From contig NC_043002.1 in the NCBI RefSeq assembly GCF_006345805.1, positions 95,604,001-95,668,000 on the forward strand: DNA of 64,000 nt, written 5' to 3'. Shown here piece by piece: positions 12,022 to 23,259 of this stretch. The notes beneath the pieces were generated by a model, which was not told the DNA's origin, ran no database searches, and worked only from the letters and a program-made list of their open reading frames with translations. Both the position numbers and the translations under genes were made by a program. Each line of letters starts with the position of its first letter. Position 1 is the stretch's first letter. This DNA comes from Octopus sinensis. Lineage: Eukaryota.

Positions 12022-13800
12022 ACGGGAAGCTTACGAAAATAAACAAAAGACAAAGGCAGGAGGAGTACAAACAAACAATTGTATTAGTATGGCGCTCAGG
12101 AAAGAAAATAAAACAAGTCTTTTACGTTTCGAGCCTACGCTCTTCAACAGAAAGATACACAGAGAGAAACGAGGAAAGAAAAAAATGCGTGCAGGAGCTA
12201 ACGATTTAACATGGCGGTCTGATTTTGGCCAGAAGTCAGAGATCCGACGTTGGACACAAGAGGGATAGTAGGGGAGATAACAAGGTCAAATGACCTCGCC
12301 CCAACATAAGGGTGCGTGTGTGTATGAGAGAGTATGTATGTGCGTATGAAAGGTCTGGACGTGTGTATGTATGTATGATGTGATGGGTAATGTCGTATGG
12401 TGTAGTGTAGTGTAGTGTGGTGGGAGGTGGGGAAAGCCCATGTGGGGTGTGGGTTCGGCTGGGGGTTGGGGTAGAGTGGGGGTTGTGGGGAGAGTGAAAG
12501 GGGGAGAGAAGAGAGAGGGAGGAGTGGAGGAGGAAGAGATGAGGTGAGGGGAGAGAGGGGAGAGATGAGGAGGAGGGGAGAGATGAGGAGGAGGGAGAGA
12601 AGAGATGAAATGAGGGGGTGAGGGGGGAAAGAAGGAAGGAGAGGGGAGATGAGATGAGGTGAGGGGGTGAGGGGGGAAAAAAGGAAGGAGAGGAGAGGGA
12701 AGGGAAAAGGAAGGAAGAGGAGAAGATAAGGGGGATGGGAAAGGAGGGGAGGGGGAGATAAGGGGAGTGAGGGAGCAGAGAGAAGAGAGAGAAAGGGAAG
12801 AGGGAAGAAGAAGAGGAAAGAAGAGGAGGGAAGAGAGTAGGGGTGAAAAGATGAAGGACTGAGAGAAGTAGAAGTCGGGGAGAGGTTAGATGAGAAGGGG
12901 GGAGAGTTGAGACCGAATGGCATGAAAGAGCGAGAGAGAAAGATTAATTCCTGTTCACGGTGCAAACGGGAATCCGGATGCCTCTGTGCAAGGATAATCC
13001 GAACACAGACAGGTGTTGCAAGGAGTGACCAGTGGAGGCGGAAATGGCGTGAGACCGTGGTGTCGTTGGCCAGGCGGATGTCACGGAGGTGTTCCGCAAA
13101 CCAGTCAGCCAAGCGGCATCCCGTTTGTCTGATGTACAGGGAATGGCAGAGAGAGCAGGAGATGCAATAGATGATATTGCTGGAGTGCAGGTGAAGGGAG
13201 ATGGAGTTGATGATGCGATAGGGTCGATGATGGGTGCCAGTGAGGAGGGTGGTGTTGGAGAGGTAAGGACAAGGGCAGCAACGTGGGCGGGAGCAGGGGA
13301 ACAAGCCAGGTTGGTAGGTAGGGTCAGGGAAGGAGCTGTGGATCAAGAGGTCTCGTAGGTTATGGGCTCGTTTGAAGGAGGAGAGGGGTCGGTTAGGGAA
13401 GAGGCATGAAGTGGATGGGTCGGACTGGAGATGCCGGAAAGCTTGAAGAATGGTGCGTTGGAGAGGTAGGGTTGTGGGGTGGTAAGTGAGGGGAAAAGGG
13501 AGGTGGGAGACTACAGGACGGGTTTGGGGAGAGAGAGCAGATGCACGGTCTATGGAACATGCTCTGGCAAGGGCGGTGTGGATAGTGGTGAGGGGGTATC
13601 CACGTAGGATGAAGTGACGAGCCATGAGTTGAGACTGAGTCTCAAAGTCATGGTCGTCACTACAGAGCCTACGTAGACGGAGGAATTGGGAATAGGGGAT
13701 GGAAAGCTTGGTGTGTTTGGGGTGGGGAGGAAGAGAAGTTTAGGTAGAGTGTGAGTCGTGTGCTTGTAGTGAATGGAGGTGGTAAGAGTGGAGTGATGAA
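12021..13800 (-). mobile_element. 5'-truncated Neptune-type PLE, copy 2 (tandem duplicate of copy 1)
   Basis: Same ends and near-identical sequence to 10095-11860; differences are mostly 1-nt indels. Confidence 0.9.
12118..12155 (-). ncRNA. Minimal type I hammerhead (family E), second copy
   Basis: Identical to 10194-10231. Confidence 0.7.
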
Positions 13801-14109
13801 TGATACATACATATATATACATACATATATACATATATATATACATACATATATACATACATATATATATGCATACATATACCACACACACACACACACC
13901 ACACACCACACCACACACACACACTATAGATATATATATATATATATATAAGGGATATTAGCCAACCGAATATGGCTAGGGACAGGCAGGGTGGTGGGGG
14001 TGTCACTGTTGCATTAGCCCAGGCGAACATCAACGTCACCAGATAGGCCTGACGCCATCACGGCGTCTCTATCTTGCAAAGGGAGATCACTCACAAGAAG
14101 CCGATACCA

Positions 14110-14155
14110 CACACGGACCTAGGTTTCAAGGTGTATTGCCTATTATCAATGTGTG
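14110..14155 (-). ncRNA. Hammerhead variant (family B), core UUGAUAA
   Basis: TTGATAA-tAGG(caataca)CCTt-GAA-ACCTAGGT-C-cgtgtg. Confidence 0.6.
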
Positions 14156-14389
14156 GTAGGCATCGCTTCTCGATGAACGACAACTGTGCAAGATATATAT
14201 AAGGATTTTCAAGTAAATACATTTACCGATTTCGAAAAATCTGTTCGACAGCAATAATAATTCTCTAAATGAGATATAGACAGTGAGATATGGCTGTCGA
14301 ACAGATTTTCGAAATCAGTAAATGTATTTACTTGAAAATCCTTATATATATCTTGCACAGTTGGTCGTTCATCGAGAAGCGATGCCTAC

Positions 14390-14435
14390 CACACGTTGAT
14401 AATAGGCAATACACCTTGAAACCTAGGTCCGTGTG
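14390..14435 (+). ncRNA. Hammerhead variant (family B), core UUGAUAA
   Basis: cacacg-TTGATAA-tAGG(caataca)CCTt-GAA-ACCTAGGT-C-cgtgtg. Confidence 0.65.
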
Positions 14436-14909
14436 TGGTATCGGCTTCTTGGTGAGTGATCTCCCTTTGCAAGATAGAGGACGCCGTGATGGCGTCAGGC
14501 CTATCTGGTGACGTTGATGTTCGCATGGGGCTAAATGCAACAGTGACACCCCCACCACCCTGCCCTGTCCCTAGCCATATTCGGTTGGCTAATATCCCTT
14601 ATATTACGGAGCAGTCACTGTCTATATCTCATTTAGAGAATTATTATTGCTATATATATATATATATATATATATAAACCAGCTTAGAGAAGAAGAAGAA
14701 GTAACGAAACGAAACGAATATATATATATATATTATATATATATATATATATATGCATACATATACACACACATATATATAGATATATATCATGCACACA
14801 GGATCTGATCAAAAAGTATCAAGACTATTGCTATGGCAACAGAGCTAAAATACACAGAGTGAAGCTGCTTGGCACAGATTGTTCTTGAACCCCTGAAATC
14901 TGCAAGTTG

Positions 14910-15068
14910 CTTTCATTCTCCCTCTCTCTATTTTCTCTCATTCTTTCCCATTGAAGAACGTAGGCTCAAAACATAAAAGACTTTTCCAATTTCCTGAACA
15001 TCAAATTGAAACACTTTCTTGTTGTTCATACACCTGTCCTTGTCTTTTGTTTTTCTATAAATTTCAGC
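14910..15068 (+). mobile_element. Decayed solo 3' end (pLTR) of the Neptune-type PLE
   Basis: TTGAAGAACGTAGGCTCAAAACATAAAAGAC matches the family E hammerhead region; ends at (TA)n. Confidence 0.6.
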
Positions 15069-15193
15069 TATATATATATATATACACACACACCACACAC
15101 ACACACACAAACATACACACACTCACACATACATATAAGGTGTTTAGGCTAAATTTGACAATTTTTATGTCTCCATTTTCAAGAAAAGCTTAA

Positions 15194-15414
15194 CCCTTTA
15201 GCATTTAAACTGGCCATATCCGGCCAAAAGTATTCTGCCTGTTTTATGTTCAAACTGGCCAGATCTGGTCTCTCACACCAGCCCTACAATATCATTTTTA
15301 AAATTAACAGCTACCTCATCAAAATCTCATAGCTACAAGATTAATGCCTGATTAGTTCAAGGCAATGTGGATGAAAAGGCATTAACTTTGGTAGAATAAT
15401 GCAAACACTAAAGG
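15194..15414. mobile_element. piggyBac-like MITE (~220 bp)
   Basis: TTAA|CCCTTTAG start; same family as 37536-37756 and 49505-49725. Confidence 0.7.
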
Positions 15415-15559
15415 TCAATGACATTAGAGAGCATTATGATTAAAGATGTAGCTGAGATAAAATTAGCTGACATGGAGGACTGGAAGCCATCTGAATATTG
15501 AGAAATATTTACCTGTATCATGAACATTCACACCTGTATGATTTACCTGTATCATGAAA

Positions 15560-16250
15560 ATTCACACCTGTATGATTTACCTGTATCATGAAGATTCACA
15601 CTGGGTGTCAAAAGCTGACATTATGACTGCTGCTCAATGCTCTGTGAACACTGTAAAGGCTGTAAAACATGTCCCATATATCATTTAAACCAAGTTCTTC
15701 CAAACTGGGATGATTTTGGGGTGTGTCCCTACTAATAGTAATGTCATGATGCCCCACACTTTTGAACAGGGTCTTAGGCTCAATTCAAATGTCTATGTGA
15801 ATCCTAGTCAGAGAGGGTTGCTGCTGGAAGATCCTGTGTAACAGCAGGATTTGGATCCATGTCATACCTCTAGAAAGAGTTGGAAGTAGTTGTTGGAGGA
15901 TTTCTATAGCTTCACCAACCCCAATTTCTGGCCCCCTAATTCCTCCAGTTGTAATCCCATAAATTACTTTGAGTGGGACATAATTGAGAAGACACCCACT
16001 GCTCTGCCTTTTAATGCCAAGGCCAAGTTGGTGACCAAAATCAAAGTGGGGTTCAAAAGTCTTCCAAGGGATACAGTGAGGAATGCATATGCCAGATTCC
16101 AGAGTCGTCTTCAGGCCATACTGGAAGCAGATACTTTCAGTAAACTGTTATCTCCTAGCTACATTCTGGTTGATATTTAAAATTTTTTTTAAATACTTTT
16201 ATTTTTGGATGGAATATTTTTTTTTTTGATATTGGATTATGACAGCCACT
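15560..16250 (+). mobile_element. Internally deleted Tc1/mariner (DD37D maT-like) remnant
   Basis: C-terminal FWPPNSSSCNPINYFEWDIIE...RFQSRLQAILEA; N-terminal HTH-like fragment; ends approximate. Confidence 0.6.
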
Positions 16251-16281
16251 ATAACAAAATTCTGATATTCTCAGTTACGTA

Positions 16282-16803
16282 CCGTAAATCCTCGAGTATA
16301 GTCCGCCTTTGAGTATAATATGCAGGAGATTTTTAGGGGGCTGTACCTCTGAAAAACCTAGACCTCGTGTATAATATGCACCCCTTCTCTAACTTGAGCC
16401 GTGCATAATTAAGCCAGCAGCACCTAGTCAAACAAACACTTCCGCGCATGCATAATACAATAATAGTGATGTTCTTAACTGTTATATGGGAATGTAAATA
16501 TGTTTGCAAATTGTTTTTGTTACATGTTATTCTGTGTTCTGAATACTTTTATTTTAATAAATGTTGCTTACTGCAAGTTATGGATGATTCTTTTATGACT
16601 TCATTGCTTTCAGGCTTAGCTTAAGGTAATTTCACGCCCGACGTCACAAAATGTGTCTGAATAAACATTGCTGGACAGCAAATAGAGACTCGAGCATTGC
16701 TTAGAAAATAATTTTCATTTTTAACCTCGTATATAGTATGCACTAGGGTTTTTGACCTTTAAATTTTGGGAAAAAAATGCGGATTATACTCGAGGATTTA
16801 CAG
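16282..16803. mobile_element. Tc2/pogo-like MITE with TA TSD
   Basis: TA|CCGTAAATCCTCGAGTATA ... TATACTCGAGGATTTACAG|TA; second copy at 31659-32190. Confidence 0.85.
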
Positions 16804-17061
16804 TAAACTAAAATTTAACTATTGCCATATACTTGCAACATTTCTGTATAATTTCGTCAGCTTCAGTTGTACAGTGAACTGATTGTCAGCATATTTAATG
16901 CATGAAACTTTAAAAAGTTAAATAGCCTGGTGTTTATTTTCATCATTAGCTACCTTTTATCTTTTATTTTTTACTTCTTTCAGTCATTAGACTGCAGATA
17001 TGCTGGAACACTACCTTGAGGGTTTAGCCAAACAAAAATACAATGACACACACACACACAC

Positions 17062-17137
<76 letters not shown>

Positions 17138-17840
17138 TATATATATGGTAGTTTTTCTTATGTTGTGACAGTAGAGTGTGTGTAGTTTGTGCACAGCCTG
17201 TGATAATGTAGTGTGATGTTTTGTGTTCTTCATAGTTTATTGTGGTTAATTGTGTAGAAACTCGAGTACCAAGCAGGACTGAGACAGTCTATGATGGGTT
17301 CAACATGTCATTGCCCTGCAAAAATTACATGGCATCTGTTAGTACTCTAAGTATGGGCACCAGTATTTGTTTTTAGTATGTATCTGTGTGTACAGTGAGT
17401 GTGGAGGTTTGTGGCTAAGTGGTTAGGGTGTTGCACCCATGATTGTGAAATTATGATTTCAATTGCTGCATCATGTGATGCAGTATGTTCTAGAGTAAAA
17501 CACTTCATCACTTCATCACTTCTATTTTAAATTGCTCCAATCCACTTAGCCATCAAAAAAGTGTAATCTTGAATTGGACTGGAATTCAAGAAAACCAGCC
17601 TTAAGAGTCTATGGCTGGGGAAGGGCTGTTGATCCTTCCCTTTTCTTGTACTGTAAGCAGTACCATCTTGAGGTACATGCTATGGGTGATTGGACATATG
17701 ATTTTATCATATTTCTACAGGGGTGGGGCCCATTTCTTTAATGCAGCACTAAAGTCCCTGAACACCTGAAGATGGTCCTGACTCTGAGCAATAATGGAGG
17801 TGTAGTACATAGCTCTGTGAATGTATCTGTATCTGTGCAA

Positions 17841-17882
<42 letters not shown>

Positions 17883-18021
17883 GCGCGCGCGTGCGTCTGG
17901 GATATATTTATCTTGTTGAGTTTGCTGGTTAGCTGTACTTGGTGTTGTCAGAAATTGTTGACAATGATTGCTATAATTAAAATAACAAAAAAACTGTCCA
18001 TATCTATCATATCTCCATAGG

Positions 18022-18054
<33 letters not shown>

Positions 18055-18265
18055 CAATGATAAATATCAAAGTGAGTTATATACAGTAGCGGTAACACAT
18101 CGTGACGTGTTTTTGCCATTTCAATATGGCTAACCCCTAAGGGTGGATGCTACTGTAGTTTTTAGCCCCAGGAGGACACACTCCTCCAGCTGGCCATAGA
18201 CACACTATCTGTGTCCTGTCAGTATTTGCAAAGGGAAGTCATCCTCCCGTCTTCAACTTATGATA

Positions 18266-18311
18266 CACACGGACTCGAGTTTCGAGGTATTGACCTCTCG
18301 TCAGCGGTGTG
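18266..18311 (-). ncRNA. Minimal type I hammerhead (family A)
   Basis: CTGACGA-GAGGT(caat)ACCTC-GAA-ACTCGAGT-C; stem I cacac(c)g/cgtgtg. Confidence 0.85.
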
Positions 18312-18506
18312 ACAATCATAGTTGTCGCCGAGAATTAGATTTCTTCACAAATACTTATACTTTTTCCAGTGTCCACTGTCGCTGATATTGAAAAAGTGAA
18401 ATCAAACAATGATAAATATCAAAGTGAGTTATATACAGTAGCGGTAACACATCGTGACGTATTTTTGCCATTTCAATATGGCTAACCCCTAAGGGTGGAT
18501 GCTCGT

Positions 18507-18551
18507 CACACGCTGACGAGAGGTCAATACCTCGAAACTCGAGTCCGTGTG
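18507..18551 (+). ncRNA. Minimal type I hammerhead (family A)
   Basis: cacacg-CTGACGA-GAGGT(caat)ACCTC-GAA-ACTCGAGT-C-cgtgtg; canonical core, GUC triplet. Confidence 0.9.
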
Positions 18552-18823
18552 TATCATAAGTTGAAGACGGGAAGGATGACTTCCCTTTGCAAATACTGAC
18601 AGGACACAGATAGTGTGTCTATGGCCAGCTGGAGGAGTGTGTCCTCCTGGGGCTAAAAACTACAGTAGCAAAAATACGTCACGATGTGTTACCGCTACTG
18701 TATATAACTCACTTTGATATTTATCATTGTTTGATTTCACTTTTTCAATATCAGCGACAGTGGACGCTGAAAAGTATAAGTATTTGTGAAGGAAATCTAA
18801 TTCTCGGCGACAACTATGATTGT

Positions 18824-18867
18824 CACACGCTGACGAGGGTCAATACCTCGAAACTCGAGTCCGTGTG
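18824..18867 (+). ncRNA. Minimal type I hammerhead (family A), 1-nt deletion in stem II
   Basis: As above with GGGT instead of GAGGT. Confidence 0.8.
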
Positions 18868-19193
18868 TATCATAAGTTGAAGACGGAAGGATGACTTCCC
18901 TTTGCAAATACCGACAGGACACAGATAGTGTGTCTATGGCCAGCTGGAGGAGTGTGTCCTCCTGGGGCTAAAAACTACAGTAGCATCCACCCTTAGGGGT
19001 TAGCCATATTGAAATGGCAAAAATACGTCACGATGTGTTACCGCTACTGTATATAACTCACTTGATATTTATCATTGTTTGATTTCACTTTTATCATTGT
19101 TTGATTTCACTTTTTCAATATCAGCGACAGTGGACGCTGGAAAAAGTATAAGTATTGTGAAGAAATCTAATTCTCGGCGACAACTATGATTGT

Positions 19194-19238
19194 CACACGC
19201 TGACGAGAGGTCAATACCTCGAAACTCGAGTCCGTGTG
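19194..19238 (+). ncRNA. Minimal type I hammerhead (family A)
   Basis: Canonical, identical to 18507-18551. Confidence 0.9.
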
Positions 19239-19568
19239 TATCATAAGTTGAAGACGGGAAGGATGACTTCCCTTTGCAAATACCGACAGGACACAGATAG
19301 TGTGTCTATGGCCAGCTGGAGGAGTGTGTCCTCCTGGGGCTAAAAACTACAGTAGCATCCACCCTTAGGGGTTAGCCATATTGAAATGGCAAAAATACGT
19401 CACGATGTGTTACCGCTACTGTATATAACTCACTTTGATATTTATCATTGTTTGATTTCACTTTTATCATTGTTTGATTTCACTTTTTCAATATCAGCGA
19501 CAGTGGACGCTGGAAAAAGTATAAGTATTTGTGAAGGAAATCTAATTCTCGGCGACAACTATGATTGT

Positions 19569-19613
19569 CACACGCTGACGAGAGGTCAATACCTCGAAAC
19601 TCGAGTCCGTGTG
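19569..19613 (+). ncRNA. Minimal type I hammerhead (family A)
   Basis: Canonical, identical to 18507-18551. Confidence 0.9.
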
Positions 19614-19960
19614 TATCATAAGTTGAAGACGGGAAGGATGACTTCCCTTTGCAAATACTGACAGGACACAGATAGTGTGTCTATGGCCAGCTGGAGGAGT
19701 GTGTCCTCCTGGGGCTAAAAACTACAGTAGCATCCACCCTTAGGGGTTAGCTATATTGAAATGGCAAAAATACGTCACGATATATATATATATAATAATA
19801 TATATACATACATACATATATGTGTGTGTGCGTGTGTGCACTATTAACGTTTATGTAAATACCTGATAAAAATGACCAAACTGGTAGATCAACATTTTAT
19901 CATAACTGTCATCGTCGTCGTCATCATCATCATCATAACCATCATCGTCGTCGTCGTCAT

Positions 19961-20078
19961 CTTTAGTATTTCAAGATAATTTTATGTAATTTTGGCAAAT
20001 ATATCTGTTAAAATGTGATGTCAGTGTTTTTTTTCATTTTGGCATAAACTAGATGACAGTTTATTCACTGCACCCTAT
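19961..20078. mobile_element. Solo right terminal inverted repeat of the DD37D family at 39728-40728
   Basis: ...GATGTCAGTG...TTTATTCACTGCACCCTATA matches 40610-40728. Confidence 0.65.
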
Positions 20079-20108
20079 ATATATATATACATACACAGAC
20101 ACACACAC

Positions 20109-20151
<43 letters not shown>

Positions 20152-21572
20152 ATATAATATAATAATATGTTATAGTATAATATATATGTGTGTATATATT
20201 TGTGTGTGTGTGTGTAATATTTAATATACATACATGTGAAAGCCTGTGGCTTAGTGCTGAGGATATTCAGCTCAGAGCTGTAAAGTCATGAGTTCAATTC
20301 CTGGTGCTGTGCTGTGTCCTTGAGCAAGACACTTTACTTCACATTGCTCCAGTCCACTCACCTGGCAAAAATGAGTTGTACCTGCAATTTAGATGTCCGG
20401 CCTTGTTACACTGAATCTTCCTGCATGTTAAATTCATGAGCAGGTCTTTCTATTGATTAGATCAATTGGAACCCTCATCGTCATAACTGAAAGAGTACCA
20501 GTGTGTGTGTATGGATGTGGGGGTGGGGTTCTGCCAACTAATTTCCACTTACTCTTTTACTTGTTTCAGTCATTTGACTGTAGCCATGCTGGAGCAAATT
20601 GACCCCAGGTCTTTGTAAGCCTAGTACTTATTCTATCAGTCTCTTTTGCCGAACCACTAAGTAACAGGGACGTAAACTCACCAACATTGGTTGTCAAGCG
20701 ATATTGGGGGAACAAACACATACATATATCATATCTATAAAAGGCATGATGTGTGTGCATGTGTGTGTAGGTGATTGTAATTTATGCACATCCACAAATT
20801 AGTACGCATGTCGCTCAAATTTTAGGAGGACATTCATGAACACCCTATCTGGATTTTGTCAACATATTTTTACCGAGGCACCCACGGATAGCATAAAAAT
20901 CTATTTTCAGCCATTGCTTTTAGCCATAAAAATATGAGCCATTGCTTTTTTGACAGCGTCTAACAAAAAAAAAATAAAGAAAAGTGGAAGAAGGAGGCAA
21001 AGAGTTTCACAGGAAAGAGAAAGTGAGAGAGGGAGAGAGAGAGTAAGGGACTACGTTCATAAAAAATAAAATGTAAAATGTTTTGTTTTTTGTTTTTGAA
21101 AGACACTATATTTTATAATCATAGTATATATACTTTCTCACATAACAATTACAATATATTTATTTTAAATCGTTCATCTTTCTCCCTCCTCTCTCTCTCA
21201 CACACATTACTTTGGGTGCGAAAGAGTTTTGTTTTTATTTTATGCCGAGTAAAAAAGTGTTTTGTTGACAATCCATTTATTTAACAACAAATAAACAAAG
21301 AGGAGAGTAACAATTAGTCAGTGAATTACACAATATAAATGGGTACAATTTGCGAGGCTCCCACCACATCCCACTCCGAGTAGTTGATTCCACGCAAAAA
21401 AAAACCCAATTTTTTTTTCTTTATGAAAATCGTGCGAGAGTTAATCTACAAATTTAACATTTTTTCCATTCATTTCTGTTTATGAACATGTATGCGTGCA
21501 CAAAACATGCAATAGGTGTACATACGTATGTGTGTATGTGTGTTCGTGTCTGTTGCCCATATATATTTATAT

Positions 21573-21616
<44 letters not shown>

Positions 21617-21627
21617 ATAATATATGT

Positions 21628-21870
21628 GCCGGTGACACGTAAAAACACCATCCGTTCGTGGCCGTTCGCCAGCTCTGTCTGGCACCTGTGCAGGTGGCAC
21701 GTAAAAAACACCCACTACACTCGCGGAGTGGTTGGCGTTAGGAAGGGCATCCAGCCGTAGAAACATTGCCAAATCTGACTGGGCCTGATGAAGCCTTCCG
21801 GCTTCACAGACCCCAGTTAAACCGTCCAACCCATGCTAGCATGGAAAGCGGACGCTAAATGATGATGATA
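21628..21870 (+). mobile_element. SINE family 2 3' part, (GAT)n tail
   Basis: GGCGTTAGGAAGGGCATCCAGCCGTAGAAAC...CATGCTAGCATGGAAAGCGGACGCTAAATGATGATGAT. Confidence 0.75.
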
Positions 21871-21889
21871 TGTAATATATATATATATA

Positions 21890-22019
21890 TAATATAACTA
21901 ATTTCAACGGATTTCGCCAAAATTTGACGTCTATATTACTTAGTTTGGTGTGAAATAAAGAACTTGATTAGCTTAATAATCGTAACTTAATACCGGGCAA
22001 GGCCGGGTTATACTGCTAG
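21890..22019 (+). mobile_element. Non-autonomous Helitron 3' end
   Basis: CCGGGCAAGGCCGGG hairpin followed by CTAG|T, as in the copies at 22862 and 60830. Confidence 0.6.
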
Positions 22020-22472
22020 TACGTACATATATACGACAGGCTTCTTTCAGTTTCCATCTACCAAATCCACTCACAAGGCTTTGGTTGGCCTGAGGCTATA
22101 GTAGAAGACACTTGCCCAAGGTGCCATGCAGTGGGACTGAACCCAGATCCATATGGTTGGTAAGCAAGCTACTTACCACACAGCTTACTTACTACACCTA
22201 AAGTAATGGCCAAACAAAGGTATAGTAGAAAGCATATCCACATGTTGTATAGTGGGATTGAAACCACAACCACATGGTTGCAAAACAAGTTTCTTAACCA
22301 CATGTCTATGCCTGTCCCTTATAACTGTACAACTTTTGAAATTCATGTTTTCAATTCTCAAAACTCTACATGTGAGCTCACTTGAAACTATATACCATTT
22401 GAAACTGTTATTAATAGCTCACAGTACTTCTATACCCTATATAAATCCTTGATTGTATTATGTTTGGTGAAG

Positions 22473-22800
22473 GCAGAAGGCTCAGTGGTTAGAGTGTCAG
22501 GCTTACAATCATGAGGTAGTGAGTTCAATTCCTGGACCGTGCTGTGTTCTTGAGCAAGACACTTTATTTCCTGCTGCTCCAGTTTACTCACCTGTAAAAA
22601 TGAGTTGGGAAGTCACAGGTGTCAAGATGTATTGGTCTTTGCCTTCCCCTTGGATAACATCAGTGGCATGGAGAGGAGAACCTGGGATGCATGGGTGACT
22701 GCTGGTCTTCCATAAACAACCTTGCCCAGACTTGTGCCCAGGAGGGGACCTTTCTAGGTGCAATCCCATGGTCATTCATGACTGAAGTGGGTCTTTATTT
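22473..22800 (+). mobile_element. SINE family 4-like (tRNA head), older copy
   Basis: GGCTCAGTGGTTAGAGTG...GAGTTCAATTCCTGG A/B boxes. Confidence 0.6.
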
Positions 22801-22861
22801 TTTATTGTGTTCGATAACAGCCCAATAAAGGACCTGCCATTACCTTTGTTTTATATTTATA

Positions 22862-23259
22862 CTAGCAGTATCGCCCGGCGTTGCTCGGGTTTGTAAGGGA
22901 AATAACTACATAAGCATTTTTAGAGAGTTATAGCCAAAAAATAACAAAAAATGCATTAAAAATGGAAAAAAAAATGATGGTTAATTTTTTTTTAAATCGT
23001 TGACTCATCGTAGACATTTTTAGAGAGTTACTTCCCTTATATAATAGCGAAAAAATGCATTAAAATGGAAAAAAATGATGGTAAATTATTTTTTAAATCG
23101 TAGACTCATCATAGACGCGCGCTAATACCCAGAAGGGCTCGATATGAATCACGACTATAAGATACCCGGTTTTGGTTAAATTGCACCGCAAAATGTGGAA
23201 GTAGTTAGGAATCTAAATCGTAGGAGACAGACACACAACTTCACTTTTATATATAAAGA
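22862..23259 (-). mobile_element. Non-autonomous Helitron (~400 bp)
   Basis: A|TCTTTATATAT 5' end, subterminal hairpin CCCGAGCAACGCCGGG, CTAG|T 3' end, no TSD. Confidence 0.85.

Larger units (their letters stand above)
13951..14650. mobile_element. Head-to-head pair of ORF-less hammerhead-bearing units (family B, ~358-nt monomer)
   Basis: 13951-14286 is the reverse complement of circularly permuted 14293-14650; both outer ends abut (TA)n. Confidence 0.85.
18053..19780. mobile_element. Retrozyme-like array (family A): one minus-strand ~1.3-mer joined head-to-head to a plus-strand ~3.5-mer of a ~353-nt hammerhead monomer
   Basis: Hammerhead-to-hammerhead spacings 317, 370 and 375 bp; no RT/EN ORF; (TA)n at both outer ends. 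Confidence 0.9.
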
